From NCBI GenBank assembly GCA_000002435.2, contig CM018789.1: a DNA stretch of 64,000 nt; one strand, given 5' to 3'. The notes beneath the pieces were generated by a model, which worked only from the letters and a program-made list of their open reading frames with translations, had not been told where the DNA came from and did not search any database. Shown here one piece after another: positions 1-10,877 of this stretch. The translations under genes and the position numbers were made by a program. The stretch's first letter is position 1. The number at the start of each line of letters is the position of its first letter. Origin of the DNA: Giardia intestinalis (lineage: Eukaryota).

Positions 1-590
1 CTTGAACATAGGCATACTTTTCTAAGCCCAGATGCGCCTGCACCAGTAAGGTGTTTGCCTTAACATATTCATAGCTATTCGTTGAATATATGTGCTCAGC
101 AAGAATGATGTAGCGAACAGATGGAGCAATGGCCATGATGAAGCATCTACTGGTGATGTATTCCTTGGCCTTTTCAGAGGCCATTTCGCAAATTTCCTTG
201 AGCATGCCCAACTGCACGGTTGTTTCTGCACGCCCCTTGACAATATCTTCTATAGACTCATATCTTCCTGGCACAAATGACATGGCCCACACTTCTGCCA
301 ATTTGGGGCAAATATAGAAATGGATGCTTTCAGAGTCCAGCAGAAAATGCTCATACGTGCACCAGTGACTGCGGCATGCTAAGCATTGCAATGTGGCTCT
401 CTTGCTACAGAGATCACAAGAGATCTGTCTGTTTTTTGGGATGGCCAATGGATTAAGGGGTTTTAAAAGGTCAAATGACTGTGTCCGCAGTTTTTCCTTC
501 GTCATGACATACCACCGGTACTCCTCCGGAGACATCCCGTCACCATTCTCACTGTACTCTAAGTTCTGGAGCTCCAGTATGGCCTTCATC
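1..590 (-). CDS. Hypothetical Cys/His-cluster (zinc-finger-like) protein, 3' end beyond window start
   Basis: By-eye minus-strand translation from the ATG at about 590 stays open to position 1 (MKAILELQNLEYSENGDG...CDLCSKRATLQCLACRSHWCTYEHF...). An in-frame stop lies just upstream of that ATG. The ORF track does not list it because it leaves the window. Confidence 0.4.
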
Positions 591-949
591 AATAGGATTT
601 CAAAGGTTACTACTTGCTATTCTGAGGTAAATTCCAAAATCTAAAAAAACCTGCTCTAGTGGCCCTCTCCATAAAGCGTAGGAGATAGTAGACGCGAAAA
701 CATATGCGAAAACAATTCACAACTTAATTAGCTTTAAGAATCTTAATAATTTATTGCTGAAAAACAAATGGATAAACCTCACTAAAATGTATTCAAACTA
801 AAGTATACAAAAGTACATTACATAGACATGTTGCACCACTTAATCTAGCTCATAGAAGGTTCATGGAGGAGAGCTATAGTCTGTAGTAGATGTCAACTTT
901 CCCTATCAATCTATTGAAGATCGTCCTCAAGCTACCAAGATCTATAAGT

Positions 950-3900
950 TTAGTTCTGGATCAACAGTTGTTTGGGCCGCGAGACTAGCCACGGATGAGT
1001 AAGCATCAGCTCTGGGCTCCAGCGAAGATCCAGGTTAAAGGTCCAGCAGCGCTTGATAAAGTCCACAGCATTTGCAGAAATGATCTGCGAGTAGATCGCC
1101 GTTTCAAAGAAAGTGTCCAGATTTCCGCACTCCTCCTTCTGTGCTCCAGGTTTTGCATAGTTCAAATCGTACCAAGGGAGGATACCGGTTGAGGCGAAGT
1201 AAGCCCTTCGCATGCTCCATGGCACCTTTGCCTTCTCTATTGCGGCATCGCAGTTCTTCACTGTATAAACAGCATATCTGTTTGGTGCAACCTCTACCTT
1301 GTCAGAAGACATCAGCATCATTTGATAAATAACGCTAGAATTGTTTGCTACAAGTAGGCTTCGCTCTCCACTACCGGGCGCGAAAGAAGGGACCTTCGAG
1401 ATATCAGCAAACGATGGACAGAAGAGGTTGTTGAGGTTGTGGCCACGCCGTCCCTGATGCAGGTTAACCAGAGTTTCAAGTAGTCTGAAGGTAAGAGTGC
1501 CGACAGACCAGATGTCCGACTTGGTGTCTATTCCCCCACAAACCACTTCCGGGGCAACCCAGATGGTGTTGTGTTCCATAGGCTCGTTGGCAGAGAGAGG
1601 GTACATAAACCCCATGTGGTAGATCTTCGCCACGGGGTCACCGTTGCTGTTCTTCTTAACCCATATCTGATTTGGCCGGAGGTCACGGTGGATAAGCTTT
1701 GTGTCATTAGAGTAGAGGAAGTTTATAGCCTGAAGAAGCGAACGAATAAAGACCCTGATTCGTCGCTCGGACCTAAAGAGTTGGAGAGCCTCCTCGTCAT
1801 ATTGGAAGACACGTGATAGTTTGATCTTTGGCGGTGATTCAGTAAATACATAAAATGCATTGTTAATAGCCGTACCGCAGCCAACAAATGACAAAATGCC
1901 TCTGTGAGACAATTGGCGATATACACGGAGAAACTGCTTTCCAGAAAGCGTCATCGGAAATATCTTTGCAGAGAGAACTGTGTGCTGCAGAAGATCCCAG
2001 GCTGGTAGCATGACATTGAAAGAGTTTGTCTTTGGCATTTTGGTCGAAAATCCGTACCCGGCTGTTATCTTTGTCTTCTGCGGAAGAATAATGAAACGAT
2101 TCTTGATGACTGCCACAGGTGGGAACGTTGTGCAGATGGCAGCCATCACACTTTTGAGTCCCGCGTCGTAGCTACGCAGCTCTAGTGTGCGTTGCTCCGC
2201 ACGGAAAGAGTTAAATACTGCCAAGAGTGATCCCATACACACCAGGTAGTCGGCATTGTCAAGGTAAAAAGGGTCATTGACCATGCGGGCAACCTCCTCC
2301 AAAAAGAACGCTTGTTCGGGAAACATGGCTTGGACTATAGATAAGTACTTTTGCCTGTCTCTGGACTTCTGTGTTGGAAGGAGTAGGGGATGTGGTGTGA
2401 TTTGCATACTACCGTAGATAGAAGACGCATTCTCCGATGCTAGCATTTCTTTCACATTATCTGAATGGATGTCTAGCTCTTCCTTAAGATAATCAGCCCT
2501 TGAGTCTTCTCCTGTGCACCCAAATCGTGCCATGCTGTACGTCGTTAGGATCTCAGGAAGAAAGTTAGCTGGTAGACCGGGAGTCCCGTGGATCGTCAGA
2601 AAAGCCACAGGCAAGAAAAACACCGTTGAGGAGTAGATAACAGCTAGCATGTCCCGACCTTTTTCTTCCGGCTTAAACCTTATCTGTGGAAGAGTAGAGG
2701 CAGTCTCGACGGAAGATGTATGGTCTGCAGGGTCGTCAACCCCCATGATAGTGCCAACATGCCCCAGAGACTTAGCTAAAAAGGGGACACGGTTCTCAAC
2801 GATTGCGTTGTTAGTGCGAGAGCGATTTATCAATTGCTTGATACGGCATTCCAACACTATATGGCGATCAAATGTGGCGTCATTCTCAACTATAAACTCC
2901 ACTTCTGTTGGACTGTATGCTCTGCTGGCCAGCCGGGACCGCATATGCCTGTGGATAGGTTGAAATGCTTCTGCATCTGCCAGAGACACTACCCTAGCTT
3001 CAGTGTCTACTTTTGTTATCGAATATACCGCGACACTATCGTCCATTAGATGCAATACTAAGTGACGCTCAGTCGCATAGAGAGAAAGAATCTTAGTTGG
3101 AAGCGTATTTGCAGACGATGTGAGAAAGAGCTGGGACAAGGGTGAAGCTACGGAGACATTGTAAAACTGGGCAGTGACTGATGGCGTTGGGAGAGATAAG
3201 AACTCGGTACGCATGGCACGGATCTTTGACGAAAAACCTGATTCGGTTAGAGAACGAATTGAGGCAGCTAAGTCCATGGTATCTACTCTCACGGATGACT
3301 CTAAATAGTAGATGTAAGCGAAGCTGAGTGCAGCTTCACCAGAGGAAGTGGTCGTATGTATGCAGCCTGCTATAGAAAGATTAGATAACGATGTAACATA
3401 TCTCGTCTCAGTAGAGTCCACGTGCAGCAAATCCAACAGCCCTAAGAAGACCAAGTTCAAGCCTAGAGAGTGCTTGTCAAGGCCTTGCAGTTTATACAAG
3501 CCGCAGTGTCCAGTGTTATAGAGAACAGCTTGCAGGGGCCATGAGACTACTACCTCGACAGGGTAGCTATGCTCGTCAGTGTCTACTTCCTGTCTGCTGC
3601 CTGACAAGGTGACTGCTGGTGTAGACAAGTGTGTGCGCTGAGACAATGATTCAAGGGTAAGTACGTTTATACTTTTCGCGCTGCAAACGGTCAGGAGATA
3701 CTCATTCTTGTAGTTAAAAATGGTACTCGCCGAAAGGTTCTCCTGCAAGTTCTCAATGTGTACGAGCACATGGTTTGAAATATGACAGATCCAACCCGGC
3801 GAGAAGACCAGTACTAGGTTTATGCTTAAGCTGGTGAGATAGAAATGAGCATTGATGATTCTTCCAGACACCGCAGAAGGAGAGATGGTGAGTGACTTGT

Positions 3901-4150
3901 GCTGTTCAAGAGTCGAACCAACCACCCCATTAAATGGAAAAGTGAAGTTGTTGATCTCTGCGTGCGTTACCCCGTCCAAGATCTTCAGTGATTCCTGTGT
4001 CACAACGTAACATCTGGCTAGATGAGAGATGTAGTGGGAGGCTATGATGGCTATATCGCTATGAAAGCGCGTACAGTCGTCAAGGTTCAACATTTTTCTG
4101 TGACCCAAAGAAGTAGGCTGGAGGCAGTTTTTTGGCGATAGAAAGAGCAT
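950..4150 (-). CDS. Large protein with a C-terminal protein-kinase-like domain, probably a pseudokinase
   Basis: The 1072-aa ORF carries an HRDLRPNQ catalytic-loop motif and a DIWSVG subdomain-IX motif in its C-terminal third. The DFG position reads HMG. The track start at 4168 is TTG; the first in-frame ATG is at about 4150. Confidence 0.65.
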   Translation of the reverse strand: MLFLSPKNCLQPTSLGHRKMLNLDDCTRFHSDIAIIASHYISHLARCYVVTQESLKILDGVTHAEINNFTFPFNGVVGSTLEQHKSLTISPSAVSGRIINAHFYLTSLSINLVLVFSPGWICHISNHVLVHIENLQENLSASTIFNYKNEYLLTVCSAKSINVLTLESLSQRTHLSTPAVTLSGSRQEVDTDEHSYPVEVVVSWPLQAVLYNTGHCGLYKLQGLDKHSLGLNLVFLGLLDLLHVDSTETRYVTSLSNLSIAGCIHTTTSSGEAALSFAYIYYLESSVRVDTMDLAASIRSLTESGFSSKIRAMRTEFLSLPTPSVTAQFYNVSVASPLSQLFLTSSANTLPTKILSLYATERHLVLHLMDDSVAVYSITKVDTEARVVSLADAEAFQPIHRHMRSRLASRAYSPTEVEFIVENDATFDRHIVLECRIKQLINRSRTNNAIVENRVPFLAKSLGHVGTIMGVDDPADHTSSVETASTLPQIRFKPEEKGRDMLAVIYSSTVFFLPVAFLTIHGTPGLPANFLPEILTTYSMARFGCTGEDSRADYLKEELDIHSDNVKEMLASENASSIYGSMQITPHPLLLPTQKSRDRQKYLSIVQAMFPEQAFFLEEVARMVNDPFYLDNADYLVCMGSLLAVFNSFRAEQRTLELRSYDAGLKSVMAAICTTFPPVAVIKNRFIILPQKTKITAGYGFSTKMPKTNSFNVMLPAWDLLQHTVLSAKIFPMTLSGKQFLRVYRQLSHRGILSFVGCGTAINNAFYVFTESPPKIKLSRVFQYDEEALQLFRSERRIRVFIRSLLQAINFLYSNDTKLIHRDLRPNQIWVKKNSNGDPVAKIYHMGFMYPLSANEPMEHNTIWVAPEVVCGGIDTKSDIWSVGTLTFRLLETLVNLHQGRRGHNLNNLFCPSFADISKVPSFAPGSGERSLLVANNSSVIYQMMLMSSDKVEVAPNRYAVYTVKNCDAAIEKAKVPWSMRRAYFASTGILPWYDLNYAKPGAQKEECGNLDTFFETAIYSQIISANAVDFIKRCWTFNLDLRWSPELMLTHPWLVSRPKQLLIQN

Positions 4151-4401
4151 GTCTTCCAAGACATCCAAAAGGGTAAGGCTTCCTCTGGAAGCTCTGGAAG
4201 GCTAGGAAGGTTGAAATAAGAACTAGAAGAGTTTCCAGAATCTACCAGCCCAATCGAATCAGCTTACACGGACTCGACTGTCTGCAGAGTGTTTATGAAA
4301 TGTGATAATTGTCCACTTTTTATGTACTTATTACTTATTACCATCTTTGCTGTTCTTTTAAGGTCTTTTTTGCAAATTTCTCGCAAATTTGTGAGAGTCT
4401 G

Positions 4402-6639
4402 ATGGAGGAAGGTGAGGCCAACAACACCAACAACTTCAGACTCCATGTTGCTGAGGGTGACGCGTGCTTCCGCTTGGGACTGTTTCAGAAGGCTATAAGC
4501 TCCTATACAGCGGCGCTAGACATTCGCAAGGATCGCAATGTCTTGATAGCCCGCTCAAAGTCCTATGCGTCTCTAGGAATGAATGACGAGGCAATCCAAG
4601 ACGCCACTGACTCTGTCGGGAGTGATACAAACTTCTACCGTGGGTATTACCAGCTTGCACAGGCGTATTTTGTTGCAGGCCTCTTTGAAGAGGCATTGGT
4701 CTACTACTACCGGGCGTACAGGAAACGGCCAGATATACAAGAGTACCGTCTTGGTGTCCAGAAGGCAGAAGAGTCCATCTTGCGCGCTATTGATACGGGA
4801 ATAGACTGCGTGGATGAGCTGACAGTAAAGTGCAACTTAGCACCCACAGTTGAGGAGATTGAAGCCCTCTACCAATCTGAGGAGCTGCAGTTCACGACCA
4901 TCAACGGTGAAGAGCTTGAGCTGGGCCCAAATACTTTTCGTTGTCTATGCGGTTGCCCACACTGTGATCCCACGACCTGCGATGATCTAGTCAACCAGGA
5001 GTTTGAATCTCTCTGCACGTGTAGATGTGAAGCATGTCTCCACCACTTGGCATATAAGCACAACCACATTCTGGACCCCATCTCCAATACTCTCATAAGC
5101 ATACAGAGTGTTCTGGATGAAACTAACCATACCGATAGCGCCATGTTATCTCCAGGCCAAACCCCTCTCACTAGCCGAGTCAAGGTATCTGGTACGTCAA
5201 CCTCAATGCTGGGAAGCACTCGTCAAACCGCAATGGAGCGCGAGTTTCGCCAGGAACAAAGTCTGAGGAAAAAGTACAAGACTGCTGGTGATCTAGCACC
5301 AGATCGCGCTTTCTTAGAGCTTCTCCAGAAAGACTCTACCCTCACTACAACCTGCGGAAGTGTTAAGCCAATTATATCTAGTGGAATTGAGTTCATAGAT
5401 AAGCGTTCTGAATTCTGGCGCCAGCAAGCCCAAGGTACTGCACAGAGTAATCAGACAGTTACTGGCAGGAAGACGGTGACTAAGTCGTCTCTTAGTCGTG
5501 CTGGCACTGGTACGCTTTCAAGCATGTCAATAAAAAGAGTACCGCAGCCCTTGGGGAGTAGCTGCGTCAGTGCCGACAACTCTATGAATGCCCTAGACTC
5601 CTCGGAGATGACTGGGAGAAGCAGGAGCAAGTCAAAAGGCAACCGTCTTGCGCAGCTGCGTGCGCCTGGAAAGAAAACTGTCCAGGATATTGTTGGGCTT
5701 ATTCAGCATGTTCAACAGCAGATAGAATTGGGCAATCTAGACGATGCCCTTGCGGACGCGAAACTGGCAGATCAGTATGCCACAGCATTGGTCGTCAATC
5801 CAGCTGACAAGCAGGCGGCAGTTGAAAAGGAGATGCTTCTTGCCGATATACAGACGTGCATAGGATGTCTTTTGTACGACACTAATAGACCAGGTGTTTC
5901 TGTTCAAAGGTTCCGTCATGCTCTCACTCTCAATACAGGTATAAAGGACGTTAGGGGTATAATAAGGTCCCTACGTAACTTAGGGCGCGTGCTTTTAGCT
6001 GTTGGCGATTATACCAGTGCCAAAGAATCTTATGAAGGAATACTCCCTTACATAGAGGCTAAAAATGATAACGGGGAGCTTGTCTGTCCACGCTACATCA
6101 TTGCAGAAGCGTGCATTAACGCTGCCAAATGTGTGATAGACTCAGGTGTCCAAGGTCCTGCGTTTGACTATCTTAAGAGTGCACTTCACATCTTATCTGG
6201 CGGTACCTTTATGCTAGACGATCCTGGGACTGACATACAATTGAACTACGTAGATCCTGAGCTGGACACTTTCCGTTCTAGAGCACCGAGCTTCTTTGTT
6301 ACACCGGACAGCACACCGAACGAGTTGGCCCTCGATGCCCTCTGCTTAGCGGGTAAGCTATATTATGGAAGCAACTCTATTGATGAATCGAAGAAGACAT
6401 TCATTCTTTGCAAGGAAAAGGCCCGCGGTCTTCGTGATGTGTCTGCAGAGAAGGCTGCCCTGGTCAATTTGAAGTTCCTTGCCATGCAGGAGAACAATGA
6501 ATCGCTGGCAAATCAGTACCAGGCCGAAATAGATAGTCTTTCAACTACCTCTCAGGTTCCCAGCACGTTCAATTCGACCGTGGCAGGGGCTTCAGTGTCA
6601 GCAGGCACTAAGAAGAAAGGTCTATCTATTAAGACGTAA
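4402..6639 (+). CDS. TPR-repeat protein with a central Cys/His cluster
   Basis: The track ORF 4309..6639 begins at TTG. The first ATG with an AT-rich leader is at 4402 (MEEGEANNT). TPR-like helical repeats are present (YRGYYQLAQAYFVAGLFEEALVYYYRAY), plus the cluster CLCGCPHCDPTTCDD...CTCRCEACLHH. Confidence 0.55.
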   Translation: MEEGEANNTNNFRLHVAEGDACFRLGLFQKAISSYTAALDIRKDRNVLIARSKSYASLGMNDEAIQDATDSVGSDTNFYRGYYQLAQAYFVAGLFEEALVYYYRAYRKRPDIQEYRLGVQKAEESILRAIDTGIDCVDELTVKCNLAPTVEEIEALYQSEELQFTTINGEELELGPNTFRCLCGCPHCDPTTCDDLVNQEFESLCTCRCEACLHHLAYKHNHILDPISNTLISIQSVLDETNHTDSAMLSPGQTPLTSRVKVSGTSTSMLGSTRQTAMEREFRQEQSLRKKYKTAGDLAPDRAFLELLQKDSTLTTTCGSVKPIISSGIEFIDKRSEFWRQQAQGTAQSNQTVTGRKTVTKSSLSRAGTGTLSSMSIKRVPQPLGSSCVSADNSMNALDSSEMTGRSRSKSKGNRLAQLRAPGKKTVQDIVGLIQHVQQQIELGNLDDALADAKLADQYATALVVNPADKQAAVEKEMLLADIQTCIGCLLYDTNRPGVSVQRFRHALTLNTGIKDVRGIIRSLRNLGRVLLAVGDYTSAKESYEGILPYIEAKNDNGELVCPRYIIAEACINAAKCVIDSGVQGPAFDYLKSALHILSGGTFMLDDPGTDIQLNYVDPELDTFRSRAPSFFVTPDSTPNELALDALCLAGKLYYGSNSIDESKKTFILCKEKARGLRDVSAEKAALVNLKFLAMQENNESLANQYQAEIDSLSTTSQVPSTFNSTVAGASVSAGTKKKGLSIKT

Positions 6640-6736
6640 ATGGTGCACGTCCTATTGTTGTTTCATTTACAATTGGCACAACCCCGGCAGTTGGTGAAAG
6701 GGGCTTAAAAAATGAAAACGAAAACCCGAGACAGAC

Positions 6737-7249
6737 ATGGAGGAGGCGTCAAACCCTCAAATGAAGACTAGAAGTAAAAAGGGCGGATACTATAAGCATG
6801 CAAAGATGTGGACCACCGGAGAAGAGCTTCTCCTCGTGGCCTGTCTTGTTCTATATGGCCCTGATTGGAAGACTATGGAGAAGCATATACCGGATAGAAG
6901 CAGCAACATGCTCAAAACAAAGGTGTACAACAGCCTACGTACAATATCTGTTAAAGGAAAGCTGGGGTCTGGGGGCGACTTTAACAAGGCCATGCGAGAT
7001 GCACAGCAATGGTACAAAGATGAGGGTAATATAGATCGGTTTTGCGAGTGCTTCTTGACTCCCAAGAATGTTAAAACGCTCTACCCCAATGTCTGGAGCG
7101 TCTGCGTGTCACTGATGAAGAAAAACTCTGGAACATTAGGGGCCAGTTCTGACCCGTTCCAGGCACTTCCTGAGCATGGTCTTGACGCCAGTCTTAACGC
7201 AAGCCTTGACGCCACAGATCAAGTTCTGTCTCTGTCGACGAGCTCGTAG
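6737..7249 (+). CDS. Small Myb/SANT-like DNA-binding domain protein
   Basis: A single SANT-like tryptophan-spaced motif is present (WTTGEELLLVACLVLYGPDWKTMEKHIPDRSSNMLKTKVYN). Confidence 0.5.
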   Translation: MEEASNPQMKTRSKKGGYYKHAKMWTTGEELLLVACLVLYGPDWKTMEKHIPDRSSNMLKTKVYNSLRTISVKGKLGSGGDFNKAMRDAQQWYKDEGNIDRFCECFLTPKNVKTLYPNVWSVCVSLMKKNSGTLGASSDPFQALPEHGLDASLNASLDATDQVLSLSTSS

Positions 7250-7290
7250 ATAGCAGAGCCTAAAGGAGAGTAAATACAGTATGGTCTGCA

Positions 7291-8532
7291 TCAGATGTCG
7301 AAGTCGTCAGATAGATCACTAATGTTTATCTTCTTTGCCCCTGGATTAAAGCCGAAGTCGTCACTAAAACTGTCCACGCTTTCAACAAGCTTCTTCTTCG
7401 GGGTAAGATGGAAGCTGCTGTCACTATCTAGGTTCACGGAGTCGTCGCCTTTCTTGAATTTCCCTTGCCTGAGAGTCGTATCTTGAGAGGCCTTCTTAGT
7501 ATTGTCTGCCGTGGGCTGTGTCTTTTCTTCCACAACAGGACTGGCTGCCGAATCTCTGGAGGTCTTTGGCGTCTTCGGTGTGCTAGAGGCTCTCTTCTCC
7601 GACCGGCTTCTGGGGTTCTTTTCCATATACGGTTGTGACTCTCCCGTGCGCTGCATCCTTGAGCGAAGATGCTCAGTGAGCTTGTGCTGCTTCAGGATTG
7701 CTGCCTCGCAGTCTTTTATATACTTTTCTTGAGATTTGAGCTTCCCCTCTAGCTCACGAGCCCGGAGCACGGCGTACTTCAGTCTGCGTGTAAGCCCCAG
7801 GTTCTCTAGCTTGAGAGTGCGTTCTACTTCGTCATGCTGCTCCCTCTCCACCTTCAGGGCTTGGATGAGCTGCCTACACTTATCCTTGAGCTTCTCCTGA
7901 GCCAGCTCCCAGCTTGCAGGCGCTTCTGGAGCAAGCGGTTTAAGCATGTCTGCGACAGCGATAGACTTTGCTGCATTTGTTTGTTCTAGCAATAGCGATA
8001 TATCCTCCCCGGCACGAATAGATGTCTTGTCCTTAATTCGTTTAATTTGCCCCTCTAGCTGTGCTATCCGCTGATTTGCCGCAATAAGCATTTCCCTAAG
8101 TCGCGCAGTTGCCTCGTCTCCAGTGGCTAGCTCTGCATTTAGTGCGTCTAACGTCATTGTTCCTTCCATGTACACAAGACCTGCACTGCGAGTGGAATCT
8201 TGCGTCTTAGAACCATAATGAGCAGATATTTTGGACTTATCGCTTGCAGATCCCTTTTTACCTATGCTTGTTAGAGCATCGGCATCTGAGAGTAGCTGAT
8301 CCACTTCTGGATCAAGCCTTGGAGCGGAGCGCTTAACCCCCTGGTATGCCTCTTTTGGAAGAGCTTTGGCTCTAGCAGAGCGACTGGATTGCTGTCGGAC
8401 TGGCGGTCCAGTATCCTTAAGCTTGTCTTTGCCAAGGAGTTTCGCTATGGTGGAGGATTGGCCTCCTGTGATCTGACTGTTCTGAGATGGTAGCTCGGAG
8501 TCCCTACTAGGTTCAGACTTGGGTTCAGACAT
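7291..8532 (-). CDS. Coiled-coil hypothetical protein
   Basis: Long heptad-like stretches occur (LREMLIAANQRIAQLEGQIKRIKDK; KLKDKCRQLIQALKVEREQHDEVERTLKLENL). The track start at 8544 is TTG; the first ATG is at about 8532 (MSEPKSEP). Confidence 0.5.
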   Translation of the reverse strand: MSEPKSEPSRDSELPSQNSQITGGQSSTIAKLLGKDKLKDTGPPVRQQSSRSARAKALPKEAYQGVKRSAPRLDPEVDQLLSDADALTSIGKKGSASDKSKISAHYGSKTQDSTRSAGLVYMEGTMTLDALNAELATGDEATARLREMLIAANQRIAQLEGQIKRIKDKTSIRAGEDISLLLEQTNAAKSIAVADMLKPLAPEAPASWELAQEKLKDKCRQLIQALKVEREQHDEVERTLKLENLGLTRRLKYAVLRARELEGKLKSQEKYIKDCEAAILKQHKLTEHLRSRMQRTGESQPYMEKNPRSRSEKRASSTPKTPKTSRDSAASPVVEEKTQPTADNTKKASQDTTLRQGKFKKGDDSVNLDSDSSFHLTPKKKLVESVDSFSDDFGFNPGAKKINISDLSDDFDI

Positions 8533-8544
8533 ACTCCAGTGCAA

Positions 8545-8672
8545 GTCTTCCTACACCAGCCAATGATTAGTATCTCTCAGTGAAAATTGCTCTAGAATAT
8601 GTGTTTTTCCACAAAAGATATGGGAAATTTACAAATTTTAGAGCAGATTAAAATGATAGATAAAATAACTTT
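8545..8672. promoter_or_regulatory. Short divergent AT-rich promoter region between the coiled-coil gene and the CCT gene
   Basis: A 128-bp gap separates divergently oriented start codons. The AT-rich initiator-like sequence gattaaaatgatagataaaataacttt lies directly before the CCT ATG. Confidence 0.4.
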
Positions 8673-10334
8673 ATGGCTCAGCGCATCAACGGAGCCCAGC
8701 TGCTCGGCGTTTCTCAGGACGAGAATGGCAACCCAGTTTACCTGATGCGCGAGGGAACAGAGAAGAAGCGTGCACGAGGTCTGGAAGCCCATAAATCCAA
8801 TATCACCATCGCACGTGCTCTTGCGAATACCCTCCGAACATCCCTTGGGCCTAGGGGAATGGATAAGATCCTTGTTTCGGGAGACCGTGAACTAACAATT
8901 ACTAACGATGGAGCGACAATTCTAGAGAGGATGGAGGTAGACAACCACATTGCTCGCTTGTTAGTGGACCTGTCCAAATGTCAAGACAATGAAATAGGAG
9001 ACGGGACAACGGGTGTTGTGGTGCTTGCAGGAAGTCTCTTGGAGCACGCCGAGACCCTCTTAGACAAGGGCATACATCCCATAAGGATTTCTGACGGCTA
9101 TGACATGGCCTGCGACGTGGCGATCAAGCACTTGGAGAGTATAGCTACCACGTACTCGTTCTCAGCAGATAATAAGGAGCCTCTAATCAAGGCTGCCATG
9201 ACCTCCCTTGGCTCCAAGGTCATAAATAGGTATCACCGCACAATGGCAGAAGTCGCTGTTGATGCAGTCTTCCGCGTGGCAGATCTGCAGCGCAATGATG
9301 TCGACTTCGAGCTGATCAAGGTGCGCTCTAAGATTGGAGGGAAATTAGAGGACATAAAGATCATTAATGGGTTTCTAATAGATCAGGAGATGTCTCACCC
9401 CGGGATGCGTAAGAGCGTCAGTCACGCTAAGATTGCCGTGCTCACATGTCCGTTTGAACCGCCGAAACCAAAGACGACGTACAAGATAGATGTAGATTCT
9501 GTTGAGAAGTATAACACTCTCTACAGAGAGGAGCAGCAGTTCTTCATAAATATGATTGAGCATTTGAAGGAAGCAGGTGCAAACTTCGTTGTTTGCCAAT
9601 GGGGCTTTGATGACGAGGCCAATCATCTGCTCATGCAGAACGACATAAACGCTGTGCGCTGGGTGAAGGGTGAGGATATAGAGGCCATTGCTCTTATTAC
9701 AGGCGCTAGAATTATTCCTCGCTTTGAAGATATCTCCTCTGACAAGCTCGGCTACGCAGAGATTGTGCGCGAAGTGAGCCTAGGAACATCTTCAGATAAA
9801 GTTATGATATTTGAAGGTCTGCAACCCCAACAAACAACCGCGGATAGTGTGCCTCACATGATATCGACTGTCTTTATACGTGGTGGTAACAATATGATTA
9901 TCGAGGAGGCCCGTAGGTCGCTTCACGACGCCATGTGTGTCGTCCGAAACCTCATTCGGGACCCTCGCGTCATCTATGGAGGCGGATCAGCCGAAATTTC
10001 ATGTTCCCTTGCAATTGCTGAGGCAGCTGAGCACGTGGGGACTGTTGAGCAATATGCCCTGAGGGCCTTCTCGGAGGCGTTGGACATCATCCCTCTTACG
10101 CTGGCTCGTAATTCAAGCATTCAACCAATAGAAACCCTGGCTATGGTAAAGGCTGCACAGAAGAAGACAGGGAGCCACCACCTCGGAATAGATTGCATGC
10201 AGCGCAACACTATTGACATGAAGGAGCAGAGTGTCTTTGAAACGCTGTCGAGCAAAGTGCAGCAACTTCTGCTGGCCACACAGGTCGTCCGCATGATCCT
10301 CAAGATCGATGAAGTCATCACCGACGAGGTCTGA
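8673..10334 (+). CDS. CCT5: T-complex protein 1 (CCT) chaperonin, epsilon subunit
   Basis: The group-II chaperonin signature GDGTTGVVVLAGSLL is present. Epsilon-specific blocks include NDGATILERMEVDNHIARLLVDLSKCQD, IHPIRISDGYDMA, AKIAVLTCPFEPPKPKT, CQWGFDDEANHLLMQN and ATQVVRMILKIDEV. Confidence 0.9.
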   Translation: MAQRINGAQLLGVSQDENGNPVYLMREGTEKKRARGLEAHKSNITIARALANTLRTSLGPRGMDKILVSGDRELTITNDGATILERMEVDNHIARLLVDLSKCQDNEIGDGTTGVVVLAGSLLEHAETLLDKGIHPIRISDGYDMACDVAIKHLESIATTYSFSADNKEPLIKAAMTSLGSKVINRYHRTMAEVAVDAVFRVADLQRNDVDFELIKVRSKIGGKLEDIKIINGFLIDQEMSHPGMRKSVSHAKIAVLTCPFEPPKPKTTYKIDVDSVEKYNTLYREEQQFFINMIEHLKEAGANFVVCQWGFDDEANHLLMQNDINAVRWVKGEDIEAIALITGARIIPRFEDISSDKLGYAEIVREVSLGTSSDKVMIFEGLQPQQTTADSVPHMISTVFIRGGNNMIIEEARRSLHDAMCVVRNLIRDPRVIYGGGSAEISCSLAIAEAAEHVGTVEQYALRAFSEALDIIPLTLARNSSIQPIETLAMVKAAQKKTGSHHLGIDCMQRNTIDMKEQSVFETLSSKVQQLLLATQVVRMILKIDEVITDEV

Positions 10335-10412
10335 ACACGAGGCCGCTGAGTTGTAAATAACCATTTTAAATTCACTTCTTCGGCTGTGGCGACTTGTTTT
10401 TTTGAATTCGCC

Positions 10413-10877
10413 ATGACAACGATCGTTCAGCCCAACGACTACAGGGACCTCTTGCGTATGTTTAACACAAACATCCAGGGCAAGGTCGTACTTGAGTGTG
10501 CCCTTGTCGGAATTAAGGGGATTGGGCGCCGCTTTGCCAATGTTGCCCTCAAGAAAGCCAACATTGACGTTCACAAACGCGCTGGTGAGCTCACAGCGGC
10601 CGAGGAGGATGCTCTCATGAAGGTCCTTGAGGACCCCCTCTCCCACGGCATTCCAGCCTGGATGCTTAATCGTAACAATGATTTTGAATCTGGCAAAGAC
10701 ATGCACATTCTGGTCAATACCATAGCCTCTACCCACCGTGCGGACTTGGAGCGTCTCCGTAAAACTCGCTGCGAGCGCGGTGTCCGCCACCACCACAACC
10801 TGAAGGTTCGCGGGCAGCACACAAAGTCCACTGGTCGCCGTGGCCATGTCGTCGGTGTCCAGCGCAAGAAGAAGTAA
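10413..10877 (+). CDS. RPS18: 40S ribosomal protein S18 (uS13)
   Basis: Matches include LRMFNTNIQGKVVLECALVGIKGIGRRFANVALKKANIDVHKRAGELT and C-terminal RGVRHHHNLKVRGQHTKSTGRRG. The start was chosen at internal MTTIVQ (track ORF 10386..10877). Confidence 0.9.
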   Translation: MTTIVQPNDYRDLLRMFNTNIQGKVVLECALVGIKGIGRRFANVALKKANIDVHKRAGELTAAEEDALMKVLEDPLSHGIPAWMLNRNNDFESGKDMHILVNTIASTHRADLERLRKTRCERGVRHHHNLKVRGQHTKSTGRRGHVVGVQRKKK

